DNA of 64,000 nt, from contig CM059432.1 in NCBI GenBank assembly GCA_030390025.1, positions 129,582,001 to 129,646,000 on the forward strand. Direction: 5' to 3'. The translations under genes and the position numbers were made by a program. The DNA is from Squalus acanthias. Taxonomy: Eukaryota. The notes beneath the pieces were generated by a model. That model had not been told where the DNA came from. It did no database searches and worked only from the letters and a program-made list of their open reading frames with translations. Shown piece after piece: positions 20,401 to 35,400 of this stretch. Position 1 is the stretch's first letter. Every line of letters begins with the position of its first letter.

Positions 20401-23400
20401 GAGCGGGAGATTCTGTGTAAACAGAGCGGGAGATTCTGAGAGTATAAAGAGCGGGAGATTCTGTGAGTAAACAGAGAGGGAGATTCTGTGAGTAAACAGA
20501 GCGGGAGATTCTGTGAGTAAACAGAGCGGGAGATTCTGTGAGTAAACAGAGCGGGAGATTCTGTGAGTAAACAGAGAGGGAGATTCTGTGAGTAAACAGA
20601 GCGGGAGATTCTGTGAGTAAACAGAGAGGGAGATTCTGGGAGTAAACAGAGCGGGAATTCTGTGAGTAAACAGAGCGGGAGATTCTGTGAGTAAACAGGA
20701 CGGGAGATTCACTGAGTAAACAGGGTGGGAGAGTCTGTGAGTAAACAGAGAGGGAGATTCTGTGAGTAAACAGGGCGGGTGATTCTGTGAGTAAACAGCA
20801 GGAGATTCTGTGTAAACAGGGCGGGAGATTCTGTGTAAACAGAGCAGTAGATTCTGTGAGTAAACAGGGCGGGAGATTCTGTGAGTAAACAGAGCGGGAG
20901 ATTCTGAGAGTAAACAGAGCGGGAGATTCTGTGAGTAAACAGGGCAGGAGATTCTGTGAGTAAACAGAGCGGGAGATTCTGTGAGTAAACAGGGCGGGTG
21001 ATTCTGTGAGTAAACAGGGCGGGAGATTCTGTGAGTAAACAGCAGGAGATTCTGTGTAAACAGAGCGGGAGATTCTGTGTAAACAGGGCGGGAGTTTCTG
21101 TGTAAACAGGGCGGGAGATTCTGTGTAAACAGAGCGGGAGATTCTGTGAGTAAACAGATCGAGAGATTCTGAGAGTAAACAGAGCGGGAGATTCTGTGTA
21201 AACAGAGCAGGAGATTCTGTGAGTAAACAGGGCAGGAGATTCTGTGTAAACAGAGCGGGAGATTCTGAGAGGAAACAGAGCGGGAGATTCTGAGAGTAAA
21301 CAGAGCGGGAGATTCTGTGAGTAAACAGAGCGGGAGATTCTGAGAGTAAACAGAGTTGGGAGATTCTGTGAGTAAACAGAGCGGGAGATTCTGTGAGTAA
21401 ACAGAGCGGGAGATTCTGAGAGTAAACAGAGCGGGAGATTCTGAGAGTAAACAGAGCGGGAGATTCTGAGAGTAAACAAGGCGGGAGATTCTGTGAGTAA
21501 ACAGAGCGGGAGATACTGTGAGTAAACAAGGCGGGAGATTCTGTGAGTAAACAGAGTGGGAGATTCTGAGAGTAAACAGAGCGGGAGATTCTGAGAGTAA
21601 ACAGAGCGGGAGATTCTGAGAGTAAACAGAGCGGGAGATTCTGTGAGTAAACAGAGCGGGAGATTCTGAGAGTAAACAGAGCGGGAGATTCTGAGAGTAA
21701 ACAGAGCGGGAGATTCTGAGAGTAAACAGAGCGGGAGATTCTGAGAGTAAACAGAGCGGGAGATTCTGTGAGTAAACAGAGCGGGAGATTCTGAGAGTAA
21801 ACAGAGCGGGAGATTCTGAGAGTAAACAGAGCGGGAGATTCTGAGAGTAAACAGAGCGGGAGATTCTGAGAGTAAACAGAGCGGGAGATTCTGAGAGTAA
21901 ACAGAGCGGGAGATTCTGAGAGTAAACAGAGCGGGAGATTCTGAGAGTAAACAGAGCGGGAGATTCTGTGAGTAAACAGAGCGGGAGATTCTGAGAGTAA
22001 ACAGAGCGGGAGATTCTGAGAGTAAACAGAGCGGGAGATTCTGAGAGTAAACAGAGCGGGAGATTCTGTGAGTAAACAGAGCGGGAGATTCTGAGAGTAA
22101 ACAGAGCGGGAGATTCTGTGAGTAAACAGAGCGGGAGATTCTGTGAGTAAACAGAGCGGGAGATTCTGAGAGTAAACAGAGCGGGAGATTCTGAGAGTAA
22201 ACAGAGCGGGAGATTCTGTGAGTAAACAGGGCGGGAGATTCTGTGAGTAAACAGAGCGGGAGATTCTGAGAGTAAACAGAGCGGGAGATTCACTGAGTAA
22301 ACAGGGTGGGAGAGTCTGTGAGTAAACAGAGAGGGAGATTCTGTGAGTAAACAGGGCGGGTGATTCTGTGAGTAAACAGCAGGAGATTCTGTGTAAACAG
22401 GGCGGGAGATTCTGTGTAAACAGAGCGGGAGATTCTGTGAGTAAACAGAGCGGGAGATTCTGTGAGTAAACAGAGCGGGAGATTCTGTGAGTAAACAGAG
22501 AGGGAGATTCTGTGAGTAAACAGAGCGGGAGATTCTGTGAGTAAACAGAGCGGGAGATTCTGTGAGTAAACAGAGCGGGAGATTCTGTGAGTAAACAGAG
22601 AGGGAGATTCTGTGAGTAAACAGAGCGGGAGATTCTGTGAGTAAACAGAGAGGGAGATTCTGGGAGTAAACAGAGCGGGAATTCTGTGAGTAAACAGAGC
22701 GGGAGATTCTGTGAGTAAACAGGACGGGAGATTCACTGAGTAAACAGGGTGGGAGAGTCTGTGAGTAAACAGAGAGGGAGATTCTGTGAGTAAACAGGGC
22801 GGGCGATTCTGTGAGTAAACAGCAGGAGATTCTGTGTAAACAGGGCGGGAGATTCTGTGTAAACAGAGCAGTAGATTCTGTGAGTAAACAGGGCGGGAGA
22901 TTCTGTGAGTAAACAGAGCGGGAGATTCTGAGAGTAAACAGAGCGGGAGATTCTGTGAGTAAACAGGGCAGGAGATTCTGTGAGTAAACAGAGCGGGAGA
23001 TTCTGTGAGTAAACAGGGCGGGTGATTCTGTGAGTAAACAGGGCGGGAGATTCTGTGAGTAAACAGCAGGAGATTCTGTGTAAACAGAGCGGGAGATTCT
23101 GTGTAAACAGGGCGGGAGTTTCTGTGTAAACAGGGCGGGAGATTCTGTGTAAACAGAGCGGGAGATTCTGTGAGTAAACAGATCGAGAGATTCTGAGAGT
23201 AAACAGAGCGGGAGATTCTGTGTAAACAGAGCAGGAGATTCTGTGAGTAAACAGGGCAGGAGATTCTGTGTAAACAGAGCGGGAGATTCTGAGAGGAAAC
23301 AGAGCGGGAGATTCTGAGAGTAAACAGAGCGGGAGATTCTGTGAGTAAACAGAGCGGGAGATTCTGAGAGTAAACAGAGTTGGGAGATTCTGTGAGTAAA

Positions 23401-26400
23401 CAGAGCGGGAGATTCTGTGAGTAAACAGAGCGGGAGATTCTGAGAGTAAACAGAGCGGGAGATTCTGAGAGTAAACAGAGCGGGAGATTCTGAGAGTAAA
23501 CAAGGCGGGAGATTCTGTGAGTAAACAGAGCGGGAGATACTGTGAGTAAACAAGGCGGGAGATTCTGTGAGTAAACAGAGTGGGAGATTCTGAGAGTAAA
23601 CAGAGCGGGAGATTCTGAGAGTAAACAGAGCGGGAGATTCTGTGAGTAAACAGAGCGGGAGATTCTGTGAGTAAACAGAGCGGGAGATTCTGAGAGTAAA
23701 CAGAGCGGGAGATTCTGAGAGTAAACAGAGCGGGAGATTCTGAGAGTAAACAGAGCGGGAGATTCTGAGAGTAAACAGAGCGGGAGATTCTGTGAGTAAA
23801 CAGAGCGGGAGATTCTGAGAGTAAACAGAGCGGGAGATTCTGTGAGTAAACAGAGCGGGAGATTCTGAGAGTAAACAGAGCGGGAGATTCTGAGAGTAAA
23901 CAGAGCGGGAGATTCTGAGAGTAAACAGAGCGGGAGATTCTGAGAGTAAACAGAGCGGGAGATTCTGAGAGTAAACAGAGCGGGAGATTCTGTGAGTAAA
24001 CAGAGCGGGAGATTCTGTGAGTAAACAGAGCGGGAGATTCTGAGAGTAAACAGAGCGGGAGATTCTGAGAGTAAACAGAGCGGGAGATTCTGTGAGTAAA
24101 CAGAGCGGGAGATTCTGAGAGTAAACAGAGCGGGAGATTCTGTGAGTAAACAGAGCGGGAGATTCTGTGAGTAAACAGAGCGGGAGATTCTGAGAGTAAA
24201 CAGAGCGGGAGATTCTGAGAGTAAACAGAGCGGGAGATTCTGTGAGTAAACAGGGCGGGAGATTCTGTGAGTAAACAGAGCGGGAGATTCTGAGAGTAAA
24301 CAGAGCGGGAGATTCTGAGAGTAAACAGAGCGGGAGATTCTGAGAGTAAACAGAGCGGGAGATTCTGTGAGTAAACAGAGCGGGAGATTCTGTGAGTAAA
24401 CAGGGCGGGAGATTCTGTGAGTAAACAGGGCGGGAGATTCTGTGAGTAAACAGAGCGGGAGATTCTGAGAGTAAACAGAGCGGGAGATTCTGTGAGTAAA
24501 CAGGGCGGGAGATTCTGTGAGTAAACAGGGCGGGAGATTCTGTGAGTAAACAGGGCGGGAGATTCTGTGAGTAAACAGAGCGGGAGATTCTGTGAGTAAA
24601 CAGAGCGGGAGATTCTGAGAGTAAACAGAGCGGGAGATTCTGTGAGTAAACAGAGCGGGAGATTCTGTGAGTAAACAGGGCGGGAGATTCTGTGAGTAAA
24701 CAGGGCGGGAGATTCTGTGAGTAAACAGAGCGGGAGATTCTGTGAGTAAACAGGGCGGGAGATTCTGTGAGTAAACAAGGCGGGAGATTCTGTGAGTAAA
24801 CAGAGCGGGAGATTCTGTGAGTAAACAGGGCGGGAGATTCTGTGAGTAAACAGGGCGGGAGATTCTGTGAGTAAACAGGGCGGGAGATTCTGTGAGTAAA
24901 CAGAGCGGGAGATTCTGTGAGTAAACAGGGCGGGAGATGCTGTGAGTAAACAGGGCGGGAGATTCTGAGAGTAAACAGAGCGGGAGATTCTGTGAGTAAA
25001 CAGGGCAGGAGATTCTGAGAGAAAACAGAGCGGGAGATTCTGTGAGTAAACAAGGCGGGAGATTCTGTGAGTAAACAGAGCGGGAGATACTGTGAGTAAA
25101 CAAGGCGGGAGATTCTGTGAGTAAACAGAGTGGGAGATTCTATGAGTAAACAGGGCGGGAGATTCTGTGAGTAAACAGGGCGGGAGATTCTGAGAGTAAA
25201 CAGAGCGGGAGATTCTGAGAGTAAACAGAGCGGGAGATTCTGAGAGTAAACAGAGCGGGAGATTCTGAGAGTAAACAGGGCGGGAGATTCTGTGTGTAAA
25301 CAGAGCGGGAGATTGTGTGAGTAAACAGAGCGGGAGATTCTGAGAGTAAACAGAGTTGGGAGATTCTGTGAGTAAACAGAGCGGGAGATTCTGAGAGTAA
25401 ACAGAGCGGGAGATTCTGAGAGTAAATAGAGCGGGAGATTCTGAGAGTAAACAGAGCGGGAGATTCTGTGAGTAAACAGAGCGGGAGATTCTGAGAGTAA
25501 ACAGAGCGGGAGATTCTGTGAGTAAACAGGGCGGGAGATTCTGTGAGTAAACAGAGCGGGAGATTCTGTGAGTAAACAGAGCGGGAGATTCTGAGAGTAA
25601 ACAGAGCGGGAGATTCTGTGAGTAAACAGAGCGGGAGATTCTGTGAGTATAAAGAGCGGGAGATTCTGAGAGTAAACAGAGCGGGAGATTCTGAGAGTAA
25701 ACAGAGCGGGAGATTCTGTGAGTAAACAGAGCGGGAGATTCTGAGACTAAACAGAGCGGGAGATTCTGTGAGTAAACAGAGCGGGAGATTCTGTGTAAAC
25801 AGAGCGGGAGATTCTGTGAGTAAACAGAGCGGGAGATTCTGTGAGTAAACAGAGCGGGAGATTCTGTGTAAACAGAGCGGGAGATTCTGTGAGTAAACAG
25901 AGCGGGAGATTCTGTGAGTAAACAGAGCGGGAGATTCTGTGAGTAAACAGAGCGGGAGATTCTGTGTAAACAGAGCGGGAGATTCTGTGAGTAAACAGGG
26001 CGGGAGATTCAGTGAGTAAACAGAGCGGGAGATTCTGTGAGTAAACAGAGCGGGAGATTCTGTGTAAACAGAGCGGGAGATTCTCTGAGTAAACAGGGCG
26101 GGAGATTCTGTGAGTAAACAGGGCGGGAAATTCTGTGAGTAAACAGAGCGGGAGATTCTGTGAGTAAACAGAGCAGGAGATTCTGTGAGTAAACAGAGCG
26201 GGAGATTCTGTGAGTAAACAGAGCGGGCGATTCTGTGAGTAAACAGAGCGGGAGATTCTGTGTAAACAGGGCGGGAGATTCTGTGAGTAAACAGAGCGGG
26301 AGATTCTGTGAGTAAACAGGGCGGGAGATTCTGTATAAACAGGGCGGGCGATTCTGTGTGTAAACAGAGCGGGTGATTCTGTGTAAACAGGGCGGGAGAT

Positions 26401-29400
26401 TCTGTGTAAACAGGGTTGGAGATTCTGTGAGTAAACAGGGTGGGAGATTCTGTGAGTAAACAGAGCGGGAGATTCTGTGAGTCAACAGAGCGGGAGATTC
26501 TGAGAGTAAACAGAGCGGGAGATTCTGTGAGTATAAAGAGCGGGAGATTCTGTGAGTAAACAGGGCGGGAGATTCTGTGAGTAAACAGAGCGGGAGATTC
26601 TGTGAGTAAACAGAGCGGGAGATTCTGTGTAAACAGGGCGGGAGATTCTGTGAGTAAACAGGGCGGGAGATTCTGTGAGTAAACAGGACGGGAGATTCTG
26701 TGAGTAAACAGGGCGGGAGATTCTGTGAGTAAACAGGACGGGAGATTCTGTGTAAACAGAGCGGGAGATTCTGTGTAAACAGGACGGGAGATTCTGTGAG
26801 TAAACAGAGCGGGAGATTCTGTGAGTATAAAGAGCGGGAGATTCTGTGAGTAAACAGAGCGGGAGATTCTGTGAGTATAAAGAGCGGGAGATTCTGTGAG
26901 TAAACAGAGCGGGAGATTCTGTGAGTAAACAGGGCGGGAGATTCTGTGTAAACAGCGCGGGAGATTCTGTGAGTAAACAGAGCGGGAGATTCTGTGAAGA
27001 AACAGAGCGGGAGATTCTGTGAGTAAACAGGGCGGGAGATTCTGTGAGTAAACAGAGCGGGAGATTCTGTGAGTAAACAGAGAGGGAGATTCTGTGAGTA
27101 AACAGGGCGGGAGATTCTGTGAGTAAACAGAGCGGGAGATTCTGTGAGTAAACAGAGCGGGAGATTCTGTGAGTAAACAGAGCGGGCGGTTCAGTGAGTA
27201 AACAGGGCGGGAGATTCACTGAGTAAACAGGGCGGGAGAGTCTGTGAGTAAACAGAGAGGGAGATTCTGTGAGTAAACAGAGCGGGAGATTCTGTGAGTA
27301 AACAGGGCAGGAGATTCTGTGAGTAAACAGAGCGGGAGATTCGGTGAGTAAACAGGGCGGGAGATTCTGAGAGTAAACAGAGCGGGAGATTCTGTGAGTA
27401 AACAAAGCGGGAGATTCTGTGAGTAAACAGAGCGGGATATTCAGAGAGTAAACAGAGCGGGCGATTCTGTGAGTTAACAGAGCGGGAGATTCTGTGCAAA
27501 CAGAGCGGGAGATTATGTGTAAACAGAGCGGGAGATTCTGTGAGTAAACAGAGCGGGAGATACTGTGAGTAAACAGAGCGGGAGATTCTGTGAGTAAACA
27601 GAGCGGGAGATTCTGTGAGTAAACAGAGCGGGAGATTCTGTGAGTAAACAAGGCGGGAGATTCTGTGAGTAAACAGAGCGGGAGATTCTGTGAGTAAACA
27701 GAGCGGGAGATTCTGTGAGTAAACAGGTAGGGAGATTCTGTGAGTAAACAAGGCGGGAGATTCTGTGAGTAAACAGAGCGGGAGATTCTGTGAGTAAACA
27801 GAGCGGGAGATTCTGTGAGTAAACAGAGCGGGAGATTCTGTGAGTAAACAGAGCGGGAGATTCTGTGAGTAAACAGAGCGGGAGATTCTGTGAGTAAACA
27901 AGGCGGGAGATTCTGTGAGTAAACAGAGCGGGAGATTCTGTGAGTAAACAGAGCGGGAGATTCTGTGAGTAAACAGGGCGGGAGATTCTGTGAGTAAACA
28001 AGGCGGGAGATTCTGTGAGTAAACAGAGCGGGAGATTCTGTGAGTAAACAGGGCGGGAGATTCTGTGAGTAAACAGGGCGGGAGATTCTGTGAGTAAACA
28101 GAGCGGGAGATTCTGTGTAAACAGAGCAGGATATTCTGTGAGTAAACAGAGCGGGAGATTCTGTGTAAACAGAGCGGGAGATTCTGTGAGTAAACAGAGC
28201 GGGAGATTCTGTGAGTAAACAGAGCGGGAGATTCTGTGTAAACAGAGCGGGAGATTCTGTGAGTAAACAGAGCGGGAGATTCTGTGAGTAAACAGAGCGG
28301 GAGATTCTGTGAGTAAACAGAGCGGGAGATTGTGTGAGTAAACAGAGCGGGAGATTCTGAGAGTAAACAGAGTTGGGAGATTCTGTGAGTAAACAGAGCG
28401 GGAGATTCTGAGAGTAAACAGAGCGGGAGATTCTGAGAGTAAATAGAGCGGGAGATTCTGAGAGTAAACAGAGCGGGAGATTCTGTGAGTAAACAGAGCG
28501 GGAGATTCTGAGAGTAAACAGAGCGGGAGATTCTGTGAGTAAACAGAGCGGGAGATTCTGAGAGTAAACAGAGCGGGAGATTCTGTGAGTAAACAGAGCG
28601 GGAGATTCTGTGAGTAAACAGAGCGGGAGATTCTGTGAGTATACAGAGCGGGAGATTCTGTGAGTAAACAGAGCGGGAGATTCTGAGAGTAAACAGAGCG
28701 GGAGATTCTGTGAGTAAACAGAGCGGGAGATTCTGAGAGTAAACAGAGCGGGAGATTCTGTGAGTAAACAGAGCGGGAGATTCTGTGAGTAAACAGAGCG
28801 GGAGATTCTGAGAGTAAACAGAGCGGGAGATTCTGAGAGTAAACAGAGCGGGAGATTCTGTGAGTAAACAGAGCGGGAGATTCTGAGAGTAAACAGAGCG
28901 GGAGATTCTGTGAGTAAACAGAGCGGGAGATTCTGTGTAAACAGAGCGGGAGATTCTGTGAGTAAACAGAGCGGGAGATTCTGTGAGTAAACAGAGCGGG
29001 AGATTCTGTGTAAACAGAGCGGGAGATTCTGTGAGTAAACAGAGCGGGAGATTCTGTGAGTAAACAGAGCGGGAGATTCTGTGAGTAAACAGAGCGGGAG
29101 ATTCTGTGTAAACAGAGCGGGAGATTCTGTGAGTAAACAGGGCGGGAGATTCAGTGAGTAAACAGAGCGGGAGATTCTGTGAGTAAACAGAGCGGGAGAT
29201 TCTGTGTAAACAGAGCGGGAGATTCTCTGAGTAAACAGGGCGGGAGATTCTGTGAGTAAACAGGGCGGGAAATTCTGTGAGTAAACAGAGCGGGAGATTC
29301 TGTGAGTAAACAGAGCAGGAGATTCTGTGAGTAAACAGAGCGGGAGATTCTGTGAGTAAACAGAGCGGGCGATTCTGTGAGTAAACAGAGCGGGAGATTC

Positions 29401-32400
29401 TGTGTAAACAGGGCGGGAGATTCTGTGAGTAAACAGAGCGGGAGATTCTGTGAGTAAACAGAGCGGGCGATTCTGTGAGTAAACAGGGCGGGAGATTCTG
29501 TATAAACAGGGCGGGCGATTCTGTGTGTAAACAGAGCGGGTGATTCTGTGTAAACAGGGCGGGAGATTCTGTGTAAACAGGGCTGGAGATTCTGTGAGTA
29601 AACAGGGTGGGAGATTCTGTGAGTAAACAGAGCGGGAGATTCTGTGAGTAAACAGAGCGGGAGATTCTGAGAGTAAACAGAGCGGGAGATTCTGTGAGTA
29701 TAAAGAGCGGGAGATTCTGTGAGTAAACAGGGCGGGAGATTCTGTGAGTAAACAGAGCGGGAGATTCTGTGAGTAAACAGAGCGGGAGATTCTGTGTAAA
29801 CAGGGCGGGAGATTCTGTGAGTAAACAGGGCGGGAGATTCTGTGAGTAAACAGGACGGGAGATTCTGTGAGTAAACAGGGCGGGAGATTCTGTGAGTAAA
29901 CAGGACGGGAGATTCTGTGTAAACAGAGCGGGAGATTCTGTGTAAACAGGGCGGGAGATTCTGTGAGTAAACAGAGCGGGAGATTCTGTGAGTAAACAGA
30001 GCGGGAGATTCTGTGAGTAAACAGAGCGGGAGATTCTGTGAGTAAACAGAGCGGGAGATTCTGTGAGTAAACAGAGCGGGAGATTCTGTGAGTAAACAGG
30101 GCGGGAGATTCTGTGTAAACAGCGCGGGAGATTCTGTGAGTAAACAGAGCGGGAGATTCTGTGAAGAAACAGAGCGGGAGATTCTGTGAGTAAACAGGGC
30201 GGGAGATTCTGTGAGTAAACAGAGCGGGAGATTCTGTGAGTAAACAGGGCGGGAGATTCTGTGAGTAAACAGAGCGGGAGATTCTGTGAGTAAACAGAGC
30301 GGGAGATTCTGTGAGTAAACAGGGCGGGAGATTCTGTGAGTAAACAGAGCGGGAGATTCTGTGAGTAAACAGAGCTGGAGATTCTGTGAGTAAACAGAGC
30401 GGGAGATTCTGTGAGTAAACAGAGCGGGAGATTCTGTGAGTAAACAGAGCGGGAGATTCAGTGAGTAAACAGGGCGGGAGATTCACTGAGTAAACAGGGC
30501 GGGAGAGTCTGTGAGTAAACAGAGCGGGAGATTCTGTGAGTAAACAGAGCGGGAGATTCTGTGAGTAAACAGGGCAGGAGATTCTGTGAGTAAACAGAGC
30601 GGGAGATTCGGTGAGTAAACAGGGCGGGAGATTCTGAGAGTAAACAAAGCGGGAGATTCTGTGAGTAAACAGAGCGGGATATTCTGTGAGTAAACAGAGC
30701 GGGCGATTCTGTGAGTAAACAGAGCGGGAGATTCTGTGCAAACAGAGCGGGAGATTCTGTGTAAACAGAGCGGGAGATTCTGTGAGTAAACAGAGCGGGA
30801 GATACTGTGAGTAAACAGAGCGGGAGATTCTGTGAGTAAACAGAGCGGGAGATTCTGTGAGTAAACAGAGCGGGAGATTCTGTGAGTAAACAAGGCGGGA
30901 GATTCTGTGAGTAAACAGAGCGGGAGATTCTGTGAGTAAACAAGGCGGGAGATTCTGTGAGTAAACAGAGCGGGAGATTCTGTGAGTAAACAGGGCGGGA
31001 GATTCTGTGAGTAAACAGGGCGGGAGATTCTGTGAGTAAACAGGGCGGGAGATTCTGTGAGTAAACAGGGCGGGAGATTCTGTGAGTAAACAGAGCGGGA
31101 GATTCTGTGAGTAAACAGAGCGGGAGATTCTGTGCAAACAGAGCGGGAGATTCTGTGAGTAAACAGAGCGGGAGATTCTGTGTAAACAGAGCGGGAGATT
31201 CTGTGAGTAAACAGAGCGGGAGATTCTGTGTAAACAGGGCGGGAGATTCTGTGAGTAAACAGGGCGGGAGATTCTGTGAGTAAACAGAGCGGGAGATTCT
31301 CTGAGTAAACAGGGCGGGAGATTCTGTGAGTAAACAGAGCGGGAGATTCTGTGAGTAAACAGAGCGGGAGATTCTGTGTAAACAGAGCGGGAGATTCTGT
31401 GAGTAAACAGAGCGGGAGATTCTGTGTAAACAGAGCGGGAGATTCTGTGAGTAAACAGAGCAGGAGATTCTGTGAGTAAACAGGGCGGGAGATTCTGTGA
31501 GTAAACAGAGCGGGAGATTCTGTGAGTAAACAGTGCGGGAGATTCTGTGAGTAAACAGAGCGGGAGATTCTGTGAGTAAACAGGGCGGGAGATTCTGTGA
31601 GTATAAAGAGCGGGAGATTCTGAGAGTAAACAGAGCGGGAGATTCTGAGAGTAAACAGAGCGGGAGATTCTGAGAGTAAACAGAGCGGGAGATTCTGAGA
31701 GTAAACAGAGCGGGTGATTCTGTGAGTAAACAGAGCGGGAGATTCTGTGTAAACAGAGCGGGAGATTCTGTGAGTATAAAGAGCGGGAGATTCGGTGAGT
31801 AAACAGAGCGGGAGATTCTGTGAGTAAACAGGGCGGGAGATTCTGTGAGTAAACAGAGCGGGAGATTCTGTGAGTAAACAGAGTGGGAGATTCTGTGTAA
31901 ACAGAGAGGGAGATTCTGAGAGTAAACAGAGCGGGAGATTCTGTGTAAACAGAGCGGGAGATTCTGTGTAAACAGAGCGGGAGATTCTGAGAGTAAACAG
32001 AGCGGGAGATTCTGTGTAAACAGAGCGGGAGATTCTGTGAGTAAACAGGGCGGGAGATTCTGTGAGTAAACAGAGCGGGAGATTCTGTGAGTAAACAGAG
32101 TGGGAGATTCTGTGAGTAAACAGAGCGGGAGATTCTGTGAGTAAACAGGGCGGGAGATTCTGTGAGTAAACAGGGCGGGAGATTCTGTGAGTAAACAGAG
32201 CGGGAGATTCTGTGAGTAAACAGGGCGGGAGATTCTGTGAGTAAACAGGGCGGGAGATTCTGTGAGTAAACAGAGCGGGAGATTCTGTGTAAACAGAGCA
32301 GGAGATTCTGAGAGTAAACAGAGCGGGAGATTCTGTGAGTAAACAGGGCGGGAGATTCTGTGAGTAAACAGAGCGGGAGATTCTGTGTAAACAGAGCAGG

Positions 32401-35400
32401 AGATTCTGTGAGTAAACAGGGCGGGAGATTCTGTGAGTAAACAGGGCGGGAGATTCTGTGAGTAAACAGAGCGGGAGATTCTGTGAGTAAACAGAGCGGG
32501 AGATTCTGTGTAAACAGAGCAGGATATTCTGTGAGTAAACAGAGCGGGAGATTCTGTGTAAACAGGGCGGGAGATTCTGTGAGTAAACAGAGCGGGAGAT
32601 TCTGTGAGTAAACAGGGCGGGAGATTCTGTGAGTAAACAGGGCGGGAGATTCTGTGAGTAAACAGGGCGGGAGATTCTGTGAGTAAACAGGGCGGGAGAT
32701 TCTGTGAGTAAACAGAGCGGGAGATTCTGTGAGTAAACAGAGCAGGAGATTCTGTGAGTAAACAGAGCGGGAGATTCTGTGAGTAAACAGAGCGGGAGAT
32801 TCTGAGAGTAAACAGAGCGGGAGATTCTGTGAGTAAACAGAGCGGGAGATTCTGTGAGTAAACAGAGCGGGAGATTCTGTGAGTAAACAGAGCGGGAGAT
32901 TCTGTGAGTAAACAGGGCGGGAGATTCTGTGAGTAAACAGAGCGGGAGATTCTGTGAGTAAACAGAGCGGGAGATTCTGTGAGTAAACAGAGCGGGAGAT
33001 TCTGTGAGTAAACAGAGCGGGAGATTCTGTGAGTAAACAGAGCGGGAGATTCTGTGAGTAAACAGAGCGGGAGATTCTGTGTAAACAGAGCGGGAGATTC
33101 TGTGAGTAAACAGAGCGGGAGATTCTGTGAGTAAACAGGGCGGGAGATTCTGTGAGTAAACAGAGCGGGAGATTCTGTGAGTAAACAGAGCGGGAGATTC
33201 TGTGAGTAAACAGAGCGGGAGATTCTGTGAGTAAACAGAGTGGGAGATTCTGTGAGTAAACAGAGCGGGAGATTCTGTGAGTAAACAGAGCGGGAGATTC
33301 TGTGAGTAAACAGGGCGGGAGATTCTGTGAGTAAACAGAGCGGGAGATTCTGTGAGTAAACAGAGCGGGAGATTCTGTGAGTAAACAGAGCGGGAGATTC
33401 TGTGAGTAAACAGAGCGGGAGATTCTGTGAGTAAACAGAGCGGGAGATTCTGTGAGTAAACAGAGCGGGAGATTCTGTGAGTAAACAGAGCGGGAGATTC
33501 TGTGAGTAAACAGAGCGGGAGATTCTGTGAGTAAACAGAGCGGGAGATTCTGTGAGTAAACAGAGCGGGAGATTCTGTGAGTAAACAGAGCGGGAGATTC
33601 TGTGAGTAAACAGAGCGGGAGATTCTGTGAGTAAACAGAGCGGGAGATTCTGTGAGTAAACAGAGCGGGAGATTCTGTGAGTAAACAGAGCGGGAGATTC
33701 TGTGAGTAAACAGAGCGGGAGATTCTGTGAGTAAACAGAGCGGGAGATTCTGTGAGTAAACAGAGCGGGAGATTCTGTGTAAACAGAGCGGGAGATTCTG
33801 TGAGTAAACAGAGCGGGAGATTCTGTGAGTAAACAGAGCGGGAGATTCTGTGTAAACAGAGCAGGAGATTCTGTGAGTAAACAGAGCGGGAGATTCTGTG
33901 AGTAAACAGAGCGGGAGATTCTGAGAGTAAACAGAGCGGGAGATTCTGTGAGTAAACAGAGCGGGAGATTCTGTGAGTAAACAGAGCGGGAGATTCTGTG
34001 TAAACAGAGCGGAGATTCTGAGAGTAAACAGAGCGGGAGATTCTGTGAGTAAACAGAGCGGGAGATTCTGTGAGTAAACAGAGCGGGAGATTCTGAGAGT
34101 AAACAGAGCGTGAGATTCTGTGAGTAAACAGAGCGGGAGATTCTGTGAGTAAACAGAGCGGGAGATTCTGTGAGTAAACAGGGCGGGAGATTCTGTGAGT
34201 AAACAGAGCGGGAGATTCTGTGAGTAAACAGAGCGGGAGATTCTGTGAGTAAACAGAGCAGGAGATTCTCTGAGTAAACAGAGCGAGAGATTCTGTGAGT
34301 AAACAGAGCGGGAGATTCTGTGAGTAAACAGAGCGGGAGATTCTGTGAGTAAACAGAGCGGGAGATTCTGTGAGTAAACAGAGCGAGAGATTCTGTGAGT
34401 AAACAGAGCGGGAGTTTCTGTGAGTAAACAGAGCGGGAGATTCTGTGAGTAAACAGAGCGGGAGATTCTGTGAGTAAACAGAGCGGGAGATTCTGTGAGT
34501 AAACAGGGTGGGAGATTCTGTTTCAACAGAGCGGGAGTTTCTGTGAGTATAAAGAGCGGGAGATTCTGTGAGTAAACAGCGGGAGATTCTGTGAGTAAAC
34601 AGAGCGGGAGATTCTGTGAGTAAACAGGGCGGGAGATTCTGTGAGTAAACAGAGCGGGAGATTCTGTGAGTAAACAGAGCGGGAGATTCTGTGAGTAAAG
34701 AGGCGGGAGATTCTGTGAGTAAACAGAGCGGGAGATTCTGTGAGTAAACAGAGCGGGAGATTCTGTGAGTAAACAGGGCGGGAGATTCTGTGTAAACAGA
34801 GCGGGAGATTCTGTGAGTAAACAGAGCGGGAGATTCTGTGAGTAAACAGAGCGGGAGATTCTGTGAGTAAACAGAGCGGGAGATTCTGAGAGTAAACAGA
34901 GCGGTAGATTCTGTGAGTAAACAGGATGGGAGATTCTGTGAGTAAACAGAGCGGGAGATTCTGTGAGTAAACAGGGCGGGAGATTCTGTGAGTAAACAGA
35001 GCGGGAGATTCTGTGAGTAAACAGAGCGGGAGATTCTGTGAGTAAACAGGAGCGGGAGATTCTGTGAGTAAACAGGGCGGGAGATTCTGTGAGTAAACAG
35101 AGCGGGAGATTCTGTGAGTAAACAGAGCGGGAGATTCTGTGAGTAAACAGGGCGGGAGATTCTGTGTAAACAGAGCGGGAGATTCTGAGAGTAAACAGAG
35201 CGGGAGATTCTGTGAGTAAACAGAGCGGGAGATTCTGTGAGTAAACAGGGCGGGAGATTCTGTGTAAACAGAGCGGGAGATTCTGAGAGTAAACAGGGCG
35301 GGAGATTCTGTGAGTAAACAGGGCGGGAGATTCTGAGAGTAAACAGGGCGGGAGATTCTGTGTAAACAGAGCGGGAGATTCTGAGAGTAAACAGAGCGGG